A DNA stretch of 47,192 nt from Balanoglossus misakiensis (lineage: Eukaryota; Animalia; Hemichordata), in NCBI GenBank assembly GCA_040954595.2, contig JBECUI020000060.1, positions 1 through 47,192 on the forward strand, written 5' to 3'. Below the pieces are notes generated by a model that saw only the letters and a program-made list of their open reading frames with translations, did not search any database and was not told the origin of the DNA. A program made the position numbers and the translations under genes. Shown piece by piece: positions 28,711-39,401 of this stretch. Within the stretch, counting starts at the first letter, position 1. Each line of letters starts with the position of its first letter.

Positions 28711-28740
28711 CAGGGGCAGCACCTATCGGCACTGCCCCTG
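28711..28740 (-). terminator. Probable intrinsic terminator of the lipoprotein gene
   Basis: CAGGGGCAG/CTGCCCCTG stem, extended by G-U pairs only on the minus strand; 28 nt after the stop; weak U tract. Confidence 0.6.
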
Positions 28741-28767
28741 ATCGTCCAGCATTAATTGTGGCAGCGA

Positions 28768-31700
28768 TTATTTGCTGGTCAAATTGCCCAATCCATCGAT
28801 TGTCCAGCCCAGATACCATTTGTCATTGATGTTTCTTACCGCACCGATATAGGCGGTATCGTTATCGAAATAACGTTCATAATCATCATTGAGTCTGTCC
28901 GCGCTACCTGCCGACAAGCTCTGTTCGGCGAGGCCGGGGGTCAGCCCTTGTCCGCTACGCCCGAAAAAGGAGTAGCCATGGACTGTGCTGGCTACAGCTC
29001 TCGTATTGCCAAGAGCTCTGGCAATGTCGGCCTGGGTGAAGCCAAGCGCCGCGTCATCACCGGAGACCATATCGACCAATGAGGTTGCTTCGGGGACAAG
29101 ATCTATCAGCAGGGAATCGATATTCAGCCCATGATCCTTGGCATGTGCAGCATAATTATTGCACACCTGCGGCTGTTGCGTCACCGGTATCAGATCGGTA
29201 TCGTAAGACCTTGTATAGTCGGTCAACTCATCCCGATCGTCACATGCCAAAAGATAATTGGACAGCCCTGAAGGATCTATGACCGGGAGCGCGCTATCTA
29301 CAATGATGCCATTGACGATATCGCCTGCCGTGCCAGAGCCAAGGAACAAGCCCCCGGAAGTGCCGGCTCCCAGAATGGTGAAATTGGCTATGTTCGGCTT
29401 CGAGGCCGGAATTGCTCTATTATCCGAGATATTGTTATCACCTTCAAAAGCATAACCGGAACTGGCTATCTGCTCAATGATCACATGCGTCAGATTGCCT
29501 TGCCAGCCATTGTTCCAGTCGATGGAATCATCAATGGCTCCGGTGATCACCAGCCTTCTGGCATCGACGGTTCCACCAACAAAGCTGATCCCGTCATGAG
29601 CACTGTTATGCACCTGGATATGTTCGACCGTGGTACCGTCACCGACTCCCTGAAAGACTATGCCTCCGATTTCTTCTCCTTCCAGATTGGCACCGGCATA
29701 TTCGACCCGGACATAGCGCAATGTTCCGCTATTATCATTGCTCAAGCTGCCGCCATAGCGTCCCGAGCCGCCGACCCCATTATTTTGACAATTACTGCTA
29801 CCTGGAACGCTGGCTCTCAGAGCGCAATTATTGATGTGAGAGCGACCATTGATTATTAGTCCCATCCAGTGCCCGGTAGCATATTTACCGAGGATATAAT
29901 TGTCCAGAACAAGCCCGGAGGTGAAACGGATCGGGCTGATTTCAGAGCCAGAAGCGCTCAATACCGAGCCTCTGCTTATTATCAAGCCATCTTGCAGTTC
30001 TCTGCCAAAGATGGTGACTCCCGAATTGATGCTCAAAGTAACGGGGACGCCCAAAACGCCATCGACAGTAATCGGCCCAAGTCCGGGGCCGCTATCCCGT
30101 CCGACAACCACCTTGCCTTCCAGGCGATAGACCAGCTTGTCGCCGCTATGCAAGGTCAGATTATGGAGTATTTCCCCTGACAAGGTGCAAACGGTCTTGG
30201 TGATACCATTATCATTGATGGTCCCGGAAGTGATTGTGCCATTGGGGCAATCATCTGCCTGAACAAAGCCGGTAAACACCTCACGAGTCCATCCGGTGGC
30301 CCAGTTATTGCTCCATGTTTCTGCCAAGCCAAAAGCACCGATATCCTTGTTATCGGTGGCCCGCAAACTCTGATCAAACAGATCGGAATCGGATATATTT
30401 GTCACCTCTGGCACGACGAACAAGGTTTGTTTGCTGAACAGGGCATTTTTTATTTCTGCATTTTGCTCGACACTCCCTCCGGAGACATCGCTATTGGTTC
30501 TGAACGTGACGGAATAGATATCCAGCGCGGTGCTATGCAGCATGGCGCGAGTAGCTCCGTCTGCAAGCTCCAACCCGCCATCTTGCGGGTCAAAGACCAG
30601 CCCATTGCTCAATCTTCCTCCGGTGCCGCTGCGCAGGAGTATGGCGCTCTGGCCATTATCAATGCCGATCAGAGTGAAATGGCTGATATCGGGAGAAGAT
30701 ACAGGCAACCGAGCCGGATCCAGATGATTATTGTCGCCCTCGATGAGGTTGCTGCCAAGGCCGTCTGTCTGCCTGGCCATGACATATTGTACCGTGCCTT
30801 TCCAGCCATTGTTCCAGTCGATGGAATCGTCTTTGGCTCCGGTGATCACCAGATTGCGAGCGCCGACGGTGCCGCCAAAAAAGCTGATTCCGTCATCTCC
30901 GCTATTATGTATCTGGACATGCTGGATATCGGTTCCGCTACCGACTCCTTGCAGGGTCAGGCTCCCGGCTTCATATTCGCCGAGCTGGCCTTGAGCGGCA
31001 TGTTCGATCCGGACATAGCTCAATATTCCGCTACTATCATTGGGAGAGTTACCGCCATAAAGCCCGGAACCGGCTATGCCTCTGGCTTCGCAGACGCCGG
31101 AGGGGACTGTGAGCGCATTGCAGCCATTGATCGGAGCACGACCATTTATGATGATCCCCATCCACTCGCCACGAGCGCTATGATTGGGCGACAAATAGCC
31201 ATATTCGCGTTCCAACTGGTTGACGCTGGTAAAGACTATCGGGTCGGCTCTGCTGCCTCTGGCTATTATCCGCGAGCCGCGCGAGACGACCAAGCCGGAA
31301 TTATTGCCATGAGCATAGATTCTTGCACCTGGCTCGATTGTCAGCGTGACCTGCCTGTTATCATTGGAGTTATCATTGTCACTGTCATAATTGTCATAAT
31401 AATATGGAGCAGACGCGCCGGCATCTTGTCCGACAAACACCTTGCCTTCCAGAACATAGGCAGTGCCTTTCCGAAAAACTATATTATCGCGCAAGGTTCC
31501 AGAGACGCTCACTACAGCGAATGTGTTACCATTGCTTGTGGTATATGAGGCTCTACGGATATTGTTTCCTGTGTCATCATCGAAGCTATCATCATAATCA
31601 TGGACCAGGTCGTGCCTTGAATCTACACGATCGGTTATTCTGTCGTTTCCTCTGTTTTCATCTTCATATTGGTATTGGTTGCCTCCGATTCGGTCGGCGA

Positions 31701-31779
31701 TATCCTCCCAAAGGCAAGCGTTGAGCGCCAAAGCTGGCGACAGTGCAAGCAATCTTATGATAAAATTTGTCCGTTTCAT
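28768..31779 (-). CDS. Large lipoprotein with two tandem beta-helix-like domains (ElpS-like by recall)
   Basis: Lipobox LALNAC; duplicated LEGKV.VG.D.G / SRGS...A.GS...PI.FTS / WMG.IINGR / YGG....D.SG.L.YVR.E / HNS..DGISF.GGTV / DDSIDWNNGW blocks. Confidence 0.8.
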   Translation of the reverse strand: MKRTNFIIRLLALSPALALNACLWEDIADRIGGNQYQYEDENRGNDRITDRVDSRHDLVHDYDDSFDDDTGNNIRRASYTTSNGNTFAVVSVSGTLRDNIVFRKGTAYVLEGKVFVGQDAGASAPYYYDNYDSDNDNSNDNRQVTLTIEPGARIYAHGNNSGLVVSRGSRIIARGSRADPIVFTSVNQLEREYGYLSPNHSARGEWMGIIINGRAPINGCNALTVPSGVCEARGIAGSGLYGGNSPNDSSGILSYVRIEHAAQGQLGEYEAGSLTLQGVGSGTDIQHVQIHNSGDDGISFFGGTVGARNLVITGAKDDSIDWNNGWKGTVQYVMARQTDGLGSNLIEGDNNHLDPARLPVSSPDISHFTLIGIDNGQSAILLRSGTGGRLSNGLVFDPQDGGLELADGATRAMLHSTALDIYSVTFRTNSDVSGGSVEQNAEIKNALFSKQTLFVVPEVTNISDSDLFDQSLRATDNKDIGAFGLAETWSNNWATGWTREVFTGFVQADDCPNGTITSGTINDNGITKTVCTLSGEILHNLTLHSGDKLVYRLEGKVVVGRDSGPGLGPITVDGVLGVPVTLSINSGVTIFGRELQDGLIISRGSVLSASGSEISPIRFTSGLVLDNYILGKYATGHWMGLIINGRSHINNCALRASVPGSSNCQNNGVGGSGRYGGSLSNDNSGTLRYVRVEYAGANLEGEEIGGIVFQGVGDGTTVEHIQVHNSAHDGISFVGGTVDARRLVITGAIDDSIDWNNGWQGNLTHVIIEQIASSGYAFEGDNNISDNRAIPASKPNIANFTILGAGTSGGLFLGSGTAGDIVNGIIVDSALPVIDPSGLSNYLLACDDRDELTDYTRSYDTDLIPVTQQPQVCNNYAAHAKDHGLNIDSLLIDLVPEATSLVDMVSGDDAALGFTQADIARALGNTRAVASTVHGYSFFGRSGQGLTPGLAEQSLSAGSADRLNDDYERYFDNDTAYIGAVRNINDKWYLGWTIDGLGNLTSK

Positions 31780-31891
31780 TATTTTGCTCCGATTTTTTGT
31801 ATTAAATAATTTTTTATATTGCAGGACACCATTATAATAGCGCTACAGGAAAAAAGCAAACATTGATTAAACATAAAATTTGCTGCCAATA

Positions 31892-32569
31892 TCATCGAGC
31901 CTGTTTGCGTATTGCTTCTTTGATCTGCCCGCGCAGGACAAGTATATCGACGCGCCTTGGCGCTGCCTTGCGAGCTTTGGCTATATCTTTATCAGCGAGG
32001 TGTAATTGTCCGCGTTGCAGCCTGGATTGGGCGCGTAAATACAGAGCTTCGGGGTCATTGGGATATTTTTGCAATATTTTATTGAGATCGGCCTCGCCCT
32101 GCTGCCACTGGCGTAGCAGCAATTTGGCTCTGGCGCGGTCTTTGAGCATTCCCGGCTCGTCCGGGACCAGCCTCAATCCGGCGTCCAGAGCCTTTTGCGC
32201 CGCTTCCGGGCGGAGAGCCGAAATCCAGGCATTGCCGGCCTGAGCCAGATACAAGGCTCGCTTGTTAACCGAGCCGGCATCCTTGGCATTGGCCAGACTT
32301 TCCAATCTGGCGGCGGCTTCTTCATGGTGTCCCAGCGCCAGCAAGGCCAGAGCCGTACAATGTCGGGCCAAAGGGCGACCTCCGGCGGATAGCCATGCCA
32401 AGGCTTCCTCATAAGCGCCCCCAGGATCGGTTTCGATCCGGGACAGGCAGGAAACGAGTCGCTTTTCTTCGCTCAAGGCAGTTTTTTGAGCGACAGGCAT
32501 GGTCTCGGCCATGGCCGGGCTGGCTATTAGCACCATAAACAAGCCGGAGATTTTTTTGGAACCAGGCAT
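31892..32569 (-). CDS. Secreted tetratricopeptide-repeat protein
   Basis: Signal peptide; helical repeats QAGNAW...A, DRARA, LRAQSRL. Confidence 0.8.
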   Translation of the reverse strand: MPGSKKISGLFMVLIASPAMAETMPVAQKTALSEEKRLVSCLSRIETDPGGAYEEALAWLSAGGRPLARHCTALALLALGHHEEAAARLESLANAKDAGSVNKRALYLAQAGNAWISALRPEAAQKALDAGLRLVPDEPGMLKDRARAKLLLRQWQQGEADLNKILQKYPNDPEALYLRAQSRLQRGQLHLADKDIAKARKAAPRRVDILVLRGQIKEAIRKQAR

Positions 32570-32575
32570 CAGGAG

Positions 32576-33343
32576 CTAGATCGCCGCCAGCAACTCATCG
32601 ACTGCCGCACCAAGGCGGAGCAGATCGGCCGGACGCGACAAGCGATGATCGGCATCCTTGATCAATGTCAAGACGACATCCTCGCTTTCGAGCAGATCAA
32701 GCAGTGCCATATTATGCGTCAAAGGCACCGAATCATCCCTGCCACCTTGCAAAATCCGCACCGGAAGCCGCAACCCAATCGCCTCCTCCATCAATAGCCA
32801 GCTTCTGCCATCCTCGATCAGGGAGCAGGAAATCCTTGCTGTCGGACTATCTTCTGGCTCGGAGGCCAGTTGCACATAGCCTCTATCCATGGCTTGCCGG
32901 CGCTTGTCGCTGGTGAGCGTTTGCCAGATCAGGCGCTCGGTAAAGTCTGCCGCCGGAGCGATCAGCACCAGTCCCCTGACCCGCTCTGGCCTTGCCAGCG
33001 CCGCCAGCAAGGCCAGCCAGCCGCCCAGCGATGAGCCGATCAGCAACAGGTCTTGTTCCGGCAGCATATCGATAATGTCCAGACTGTCACGCCGCCATAG
33101 CGAGATCGATCCCTGATCCAGCCTGCCCTGGCTCTGTCCGTGTCCGGAATAGTCGAACCGGACAAAGCCTCTTCCCTCTTTGGCGAGCTGTTGATGCAAA
33201 TGGCTGGCCTTGTCGCCGAGCATGTCCGAAGCATAGCCGCCAAGCCATACCGCGCTCACCGAGCCGGACTCCGGAACAGTGCGCATATAAGCCAGATCCG
33301 GAGCATCAATCCGCTGCAAAAAAGATACTGAATGATCCGACAT
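32576..33343 (-). CDS. Alpha/beta hydrolase (ABHD10-like)
   Basis: GGY.SDM.G.KA, RFDYSGHG.S, GSSLGG nucleophile, DHRLS. Confidence 0.9.
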   Translation of the reverse strand: MSDHSVSFLQRIDAPDLAYMRTVPESGSVSAVWLGGYASDMLGDKASHLHQQLAKEGRGFVRFDYSGHGQSQGRLDQGSISLWRRDSLDIIDMLPEQDLLLIGSSLGGWLALLAALARPERVRGLVLIAPAADFTERLIWQTLTSDKRRQAMDRGYVQLASEPEDSPTARISCSLIEDGRSWLLMEEAIGLRLPVRILQGGRDDSVPLTHNMALLDLLESEDVVLTLIKDADHRLSRPADLLRLGAAVDELLAAI

Positions 33344-33360
33344 ACCAACTCCGATTAGCA

Positions 33361-33393
33361 AAAGACCTGCTGGCCCTGAAAGACCTGCTGGCC
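33361..33393. repeat. Tandem duplication (18-bp period) in the divergent promoter region
   Basis: AAAGACCTGCTGGCC twice. Confidence 0.85.
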
Positions 33394-33435
33394 TTGTCGC
33401 ATTTTGTCATCTATGGCACGAGAAAATGAGACAGC

Positions 33436-34173
33436 ATGTTTGATGTTACAATAATTTCACTGTTTCCGGAAGCGTTTCCGGGACCGCTTGGCCTGTCCTC
33501 ATGCGGGCGAGGCCTTGGCTCGGGCGTCTGGACGCTGGAGATGGTCGATCTGCGCGCTTTTGGCGAAGGAAGCCGGCGCAATATCGATGATAGCCCGGCC
33601 GGTGGCGGTCCGGGGATGGTGATGCGGGCCGATATCGTCGCCAAAGCGCTAGATAGCGTCCAGCTCAAGGGGCGACCGCGATTATTCTTGTCGCCGCGCG
33701 GACACCGGCTCGATCAGAGCAAGGCTCGGGAATTGGCCCAAGGCCCAGGATTGATTCTGCTATGCGGGCGCTTTGAAGGCCTCGATCAGCGCGTCATCGA
33801 AGCCAGACAATTAGAGGAAATATCCATTGGCGATTTTGTCCTCGCCGGAGGCGAAACCGCCGCCATGGCTCTGACCGAAGCCTGTGTCCGCCTGCTGCCC
33901 GGCCTGACCGGCAACCCGTCCTCAACCACCGAAGAGAGCTTTGAACATGGCTTGCTGGAATATCCGCATTATACCAGACCACTGGTCTTTGAAGGCGAAA
34001 CCATCCCGGAAATATTGCGCTCTGGCGATCATGGCGCCGTCAAACACTGGCGACAAGAACAGGCAAAGACATTGACACAGCAACGAAGACCAGATTTATA
34101 TTCTGCTCCAGCGGACAAAAATGCCGGAGAGCAAGATTGCTCCCGAACGATACCGGTCAAGGCAAGGAAATGA
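33436..34173 (+). CDS. trmD: tRNA (guanine37-N1)-methyltransferase
   Basis: [41 protein letters not shown]. Confidence 0.97.
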   Translation: MFDVTIISLFPEAFPGPLGLSSCGRGLGSGVWTLEMVDLRAFGEGSRRNIDDSPAGGGPGMVMRADIVAKALDSVQLKGRPRLFLSPRGHRLDQSKARELAQGPGLILLCGRFEGLDQRVIEARQLEEISIGDFVLAGGETAAMALTEACVRLLPGLTGNPSSTTEESFEHGLLEYPHYTRPLVFEGETIPEILRSGDHGAVKHWRQEQAKTLTQQRRPDLYSAPADKNAGEQDCSRTIPVKARK

Positions 34174-34604
34174 TGATGACCAATATGTTGCAACAACTGA
34201 ATGAAGAGCAGTTTGCTCGCTTGACCGCCGAAAAAAATATTCCCGATTTCTCCCCCGGAGACCTGATGCGGGTCAATGTCCGCATCAAGGAAGGCGAACG
34301 CGAGCGGATTCAAGCCTTTGAAGGCGTATGTATAGCCCGCTCCGGGCGAGACATTGATGCCAGCTTCACCATACGCAAATTGTCTTTCGGCGAAGGCGTC
34401 GAGCGGGTATTTCCCCTCGCCTCGCCAATGCTGGAAAGCATCGGGCTGAAACGCCGCGGCAAGGTCCGTCGGGCCAAGCTCTATTATCTACGCGGGCGCA
34501 CCGGCAAATCCGCCAGAATCGCCGAGAGAACCACCGGAAGAGGCATAGTCAAAAGAACTAGCCGCAAAGCCCGCGCTGCCGCAAAAAATGCCAAGCCTGT
34601 ATGA
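34170..34604 (+). CDS. rplS: 50S ribosomal protein L19
   Basis: [37 protein letters not shown]. Confidence 0.97.
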   Translation: MMMTNMLQQLNEEQFARLTAEKNIPDFSPGDLMRVNVRIKEGERERIQAFEGVCIARSGRDIDASFTIRKLSFGEGVERVFPLASPMLESIGLKRRGKVRRAKLYYLRGRTGKSARIAERTTGRGIVKRTSRKARAAAKNAKPV

Positions 34605-36006
34605 CAAAATCTGGGACACACATCACGTCCACTCCCTGACAACAACCGGAGAAGCTCTGCTTTATGTCGATCTGCACCTGCTGCATGAGGTGACATCACC
34701 GCAAGCCTTTGCCGGACTCGATAGCGCCAGACGCAAGATACGCCGTCCGGAACTGGCTCTGGCCGTCGCCGATCACAATGTCCCGACTACGTGCCAGGAA
34801 CTGGGCATAGCCGCCATGACCGACCCCGAAGCCAAAGCACAAATGCTGGCTCTGGAGCGCAATGTCGCCCGCCACGGCATCGAGCTGTTCCCAATGGGAG
34901 ACCAACGCAATGGCATAGTGCATATAGTCGCTCCGGAACAGGGGCGGACCATGCCCGGAATGCTGATCGTATGCGGCGATAGCCATACCTCCACCCATGG
35001 CGCCTTCGGAGCATTGGCGCATGGCATTGGCAGTTCCGAGGTCGAGCATGTGCTGGCAACCCAGACCCTGCGCGCTCGCAAAATGCGCAATATGCGAATC
35101 AATATCCATGGGCAAGCCAGAGCAGATGTCACGGCCAAAGATCTGGCTCTGGCTCTGATCGCGCAGATCGGGACCAGCGGCGGCACCGGGCATGTGATCG
35201 AATTTGCCGGATCCGCCGTGACCAGCCTGTCAATGGAAGCCCGAATGACCCTGTGCAACATGTCCGTTGAAGCCGGAGCACGCGCCGGTATCATCGCTCC
35301 GGACGACACCACTTTTGCCTATCTCGAAGGACGCCCTGGCGCTCCAAAGGGGCGGGAGTGGCAACAGGCGCTGGAATATTGGCGCCAATTACGCTCCGAT
35401 GACGACGCCGTATGGGACCAGCAAGAAAATATCAATGCCGGTGAAATCGAACCGATGATTAGCTGGGGCACCTCGCCAGAGCAGGCCGTCCCGATCAGCG
35501 GCTCTGTTCCTGATCCGGAGCTCATCGCCGATCCGATCCGGCGCTCGGCGGCCTGCCGCGCCATCGACTATATGGGGCTGAAACCAGGACAAAAACTGGC
35601 CGGACTGAAAATAGATCGAGTCTTTATCGGCTCATGCACCAATGCCCGGATCGAAGATTTGCGGAGTGCCGCTCAAATCATCGGCGACCAAAAAATAGCT
35701 CCACATGTGAGCGCCATGATAGTGCCCGGCTCCGGACTGGTCCGCGCTCGTGCCGAACAGGAGGGGCTGGACCAGATCTTTATCCGGGCCGGCTTTGAAT
35801 GGCGACAACCAGGCTGCTCGATGTGTCTGGGGATGAACCCCGACCGCCTAAAGCCCAAAGAACGCTGCGCCTCGACCTCGAACCGCAATTTCGAAGGACG
35901 ACAAGGACGGCTTGGACGCACGCATCTATTATCTCCGGCACTGGCCGCAAACGCCGCACTGCAAGGAGAAATAGCGCCATTGCCAGCCCAAACAGCAATC
36001 GCATAA
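34588..36006 (+). CDS. leuC: 3-isopropylmalate dehydratase large subunit
   Basis: [52 protein letters not shown]. Confidence 0.97.
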   Translation: MPSLYDKIWDTHHVHSLTTTGEALLYVDLHLLHEVTSPQAFAGLDSARRKIRRPELALAVADHNVPTTCQELGIAAMTDPEAKAQMLALERNVARHGIELFPMGDQRNGIVHIVAPEQGRTMPGMLIVCGDSHTSTHGAFGALAHGIGSSEVEHVLATQTLRARKMRNMRINIHGQARADVTAKDLALALIAQIGTSGGTGHVIEFAGSAVTSLSMEARMTLCNMSVEAGARAGIIAPDDTTFAYLEGRPGAPKGREWQQALEYWRQLRSDDDAVWDQQENINAGEIEPMISWGTSPEQAVPISGSVPDPELIADPIRRSAACRAIDYMGLKPGQKLAGLKIDRVFIGSCTNARIEDLRSAAQIIGDQKIAPHVSAMIVPGSGLVRARAEQEGLDQIFIRAGFEWRQPGCSMCLGMNPDRLKPKERCASTSNRNFEGRQGRLGRTHLLSPALAANAALQGEIAPLPAQTAIA

Positions 36007-36056
36007 ATACCCAAAGCATGAAACAAACAAAAATACATATCGCCGGGGAAAACAAT

Positions 36057-37376
36057 ATGAGCAAATCACGGCCATTATTTGGCTATGGAGGAATATATTG
36101 GCTAGTGGGATCGCTTGCGGCCTGGGCTATGCTTGCTGCTCCGGGGCAGTGCCAGCAAAGCGCCAGTGTCCAGGAATTATTGCGCCAAGCTCTGAAACAT
36201 CACCCTTCGGTCAATATCGCCAAAGCCAGGCTGAGCGACCACGCCCAGATCGTCAATGAGGCTCGATCCAGATTTTTGCCCAATATCACCATTTCCGGAT
36301 CCGCAGGCTATTCAATGCGTAGCGTCGCCCTGAGAGGCCGGGAAGCCGAACAGCATAATCGCATCCCGCACGGGATCAATCTCATCGCCAATCAGAAAAT
36401 TTTTGAAAACAGAGGAATGTTCAATTCGATAGCCAAGGGAAAATTGCAATATAAAGGCGCTGAGATAAATTATCACCACACCACCACAAATATCCAGCAT
36501 CAGATATTACAGAGCATTATCAATTATATCTATGCCAAGCGCCAATTGGAGGCTACTGTCGAGACTCTTGAGACTCTAACCAAAATGACTAGCTCTATCA
36601 AGCTGCAACGCGTTTTTGGCAATACTTCGGATATCGATCTGGCCAGAATACAAAGTGAAACTGCAAAAATACAATCAAGAATATCTGAATTTACAGCTAA
36701 AAAGAATTTTGCTGTTAGCAAGTTACGCAAATATACTAATATGCAAATCAATGACATTATCACCCCCACAATTACTATTGATTTGCTCCAATACACTATG
36801 GACGAGATAAAATATATCGCCAGAAAAAATAATTACACCATGCTATACCACTCCAACCGAGAGCAAATCGCCAAAATGGAGTTGCGGCAGCTCTATCGCA
36901 GTTTCCTGCCAAACATCAATATGAGAATCACCGCCCAGACCAATTATCAGGTCGGACCAACTACAGATGTTGATAACCGGATCGAGGCATTGCTTGTCTT
37001 TGAATTGCCGCTCTTCGCCGGAGGAGCCAACAGCATCCGCAAAAACCGCGCCCGAGCCGAAATCGAAGCCGCCGGATATGAGTATCAGTTACAAGCCATG
37101 AACTCCGATCTCATGATCGAGGAATTACGCGAAACCTTAAAGGCTACGCGGCGTTCCAATCTGTTTTTGCGTACGGCTCTGATCACGGCGCAAAAGGCAC
37201 TCGATGGCGTGGTGCAAAGCGAAAATCTGGGATTATTGTCCACGCTCGAAGTGCTAAATGCCGTCCGCACCCAATATGACAGCACCATGGCACTGATCAC
37301 CAATGACTTAAATGAGTTGCAGACCAGCCTGACCTTGTTGCTGGTGATCGACCGGCTCGATGAGGGGCTGGGCTGA
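36057..37376 (+). CDS. TolC-family outer membrane efflux protein
   Basis: Signal peptide, AL..HP, ARSRFLP.I, LPLFAGG, G..STLEVLNA; start placed at MSKSRP. Confidence 0.85.
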   Translation: MSKSRPLFGYGGIYWLVGSLAAWAMLAAPGQCQQSASVQELLRQALKHHPSVNIAKARLSDHAQIVNEARSRFLPNITISGSAGYSMRSVALRGREAEQHNRIPHGINLIANQKIFENRGMFNSIAKGKLQYKGAEINYHHTTTNIQHQILQSIINYIYAKRQLEATVETLETLTKMTSSIKLQRVFGNTSDIDLARIQSETAKIQSRISEFTAKKNFAVSKLRKYTNMQINDIITPTITIDLLQYTMDEIKYIARKNNYTMLYHSNREQIAKMELRQLYRSFLPNINMRITAQTNYQVGPTTDVDNRIEALLVFELPLFAGGANSIRKNRARAEIEAAGYEYQLQAMNSDLMIEELRETLKATRRSNLFLRTALITAQKALDGVVQSENLGLLSTLEVLNAVRTQYDSTMALITNDLNELQTSLTLLLVIDRLDEGLG

Positions 37377-37675
37377 GGGGCTGGGCCGAGGCATGATTGC
37401 CGGTGATTGATCGGCTTGATGAGGGGCTGGGCAGAGGCATGGTTGCCGGTGCTCAAGCGGCTCAAAGGCCGGGCCGAGGAGCCGGGCTGAGGCATGATTG
37501 CCGGTGCTCAAGCGGCTCAAAGGCCGGGCCGAGGAGCCGGGCTGAGGCATGATTGCCGGTGCTCAAGCGGCTCAAGGAGCCGGGCCGAGAGGCATGATTG
37601 CCGGTGCTCAAGCGGCTCAAAGGCCGGGCCGAGGCATGGTTGCCGGTGCTCAAGCGGCTCAAAGGCCGGGCCGAG
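37335..37675. repeat. Degenerate 42-55-bp tandem array derived from the tolC-like gene 3' end
   Basis: CCGGTGCTCAAGCGGCTCAA at 37446, 37501, 37556, 37601 and 37643; the copy near 37400 is closest to the gene end. Confidence 0.9.
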
Positions 37676-37746
37676 CTAGCACCTGCCACGGAACTATTGG
37701 ACGACGCCAGACACCAATGACACGTATCATTTAACGATGTTATATC

Positions 37747-37776
37747 TTGACGCCTGACCAGACAAATTGCTATAAT
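37747..37776 (+). promoter_or_regulatory. Putative sigma70 promoter
   Basis: TTGACG-N18-TATAAT upstream of the first mlaC-like gene. Confidence 0.6.
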
Positions 37777-37886
37777 AACAACATGCTTTTCATTTTATTA
37801 TAAATTTACATAGGTCAAATATCATGATTATTCAGACTTTCAAAATATACATAAGAATATACCTTCAAAATACGAACAAACACATT

Positions 37887-38492
37887 ATGAATGCTCCCTT
37901 GCTTACTCTTGCGCTATTGCTGACCGGTATCAGTTCTTATGCTCCAGCCGGACTTGCCTCCGAGCAGACCGTCGAGCATTTTGTCCACAAAAACATCACC
38001 TCCCTGCTACACTCGGCAAAAACTGAACCCTCACAAATCATCAAGACAATAACTACCGGCAAGGTAGTCGATTTCCCTCTGCTGGCCAAATTTACCCTCG
38101 GACGCTATGGCCGCTTGCTGAATAAATCCTCGCAACAGGAATATGAAACTGTATTGCTCGATTTCTACCAAGGCAACCTCATCAAATATTCCGACGCCAA
38201 GATCGATATTACCGGATCAACCCGGCTGGCCAACAATGATTTTATCGTCAAATCTGTCGTCTCCGGGCTAAACCAGCCGCCACTGAACATGGAGTGGCGC
38301 GTCCAAAAACACCGGGATGGCAATTATCGTATCACCGATATCGCCATCAATATAGACGGAAACCTGCTCTGGCTGCTACAGGAACAAAGAGCGCAATTCA
38401 TCGCCATCATCGATCAAGCCAATGGCAATGTCCAAGGCTTGATCGACAAGATGAAAAAAAGAACCAGCGACACACAAGCCTTCAGCCAGTAA
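37887..38492 (+). CDS. MlaC/Ttg2D-family periplasmic lipid-binding protein (paralog 1)
   Basis: Signal peptide, VDF..LAKFTLGRY.R, VKS, EWRV......RI.D, QEQRAQF. Confidence 0.85.
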   Translation: MNAPLLTLALLLTGISSYAPAGLASEQTVEHFVHKNITSLLHSAKTEPSQIIKTITTGKVVDFPLLAKFTLGRYGRLLNKSSQQEYETVLLDFYQGNLIKYSDAKIDITGSTRLANNDFIVKSVVSGLNQPPLNMEWRVQKHRDGNYRITDIAINIDGNLLWLLQEQRAQFIAIIDQANGNVQGLIDKMKKRTSDTQAFSQ

Positions 38493-38532
38493 TATATGCC
38501 AATGCAAATAACTAACCGCAAACAAACGGACA

Positions 38533-39401
38533 ATGCCAAAAAGACAGCAAAATACTGCCAATCCTATTGGCAATCTTGCTGTCATCTTGCGCCAGCTCCG
38601 GCCAGACTGGATCGATCTCGCCAGACGCCGCCAGTTCCGGACAGGCTATATCGATCTCGCCAGACGATGCCAGCCAGAGCCAGACCGCCAAAGGCTCGCG
38701 GCTGGAGCAATATAATCGCACCATGTATGAGGTCAATGATCGGGTCGATGAAGCTCTTTTTGTCCCGCTGGTCAATATCTGGCGCTTCCTGGTGCCGCAA
38801 TTTGTTCGAACCAGGCTGAACAATATTTTCGCTAATCTGAAAGCTCCGCAAAGCATCATCAATTCGGTGCTTCAGGTCGATATAGAAGGCGCCATGATCG
38901 ATTCCGAGCGCTTCTTGATCAATTCCACGCTCGGATTGGGAGGAATGTTCGACGTCGCCGCCATGGCCGGAACCAAAAGCCGCAATGAAGATTTCGGACA
39001 AACCCTCGGAGTATGGGGAGTCCCGGCCGGACCATTCATAGTGTTGCCACTGCTTGGTCCCTCCACTTTGCGAGGCACGGCCGGGGAACGCGGTAGATAC
39101 CGCCTCCTCCATCCTGGTTTATAGCCCGACCAATTTCCTCAATATGCCCGATTCGGCACGCTATTCGCTGCTCGGCCTAAGAGGCTTCGACACCAGAGAA
39201 AGGCTGCATGAAACTATTGTAGATGCTCGCGAAATGAGCAAATCGCAGATAGATCCATACACCATCATGAAACGTTTTTACCTTGACTACACCGAAAGGA
39301 AAGTGAACAATGTTAGCGATAATGAGCAATATAATGAGCAATATAATGATGACCTCGATAAGGAAAACTATGAAGACCTGCCAGACTTCGATGAATTCTA
39401 A
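38533..39401 (+). CDS. mlaA: MlaA/VacJ lipoprotein, two apparent frameshifts (~38540 and ~39085)
   Basis: Lipobox LSSC, LE.YNR.M, RFLINSTLGLGG.FDVA, EDFGQTLG.WGV..GP..VLPLLGPSTLR, DPY...K.FY; removing one A and one G restores a single frame. Confidence 0.88.

Noticed and set aside
30427-31548. 373-aa plus-strand ORF and other long antisense ORFs
   Set aside because: They lie opposite well-supported genes and have no motifs; expected in GC-rich coding DNA
37380-37675. CRISPR array
   Set aside because: Intervening segments are short and similar to each other rather than unique spacers; the unit derives from the adjacent gene; no cas genes in the window
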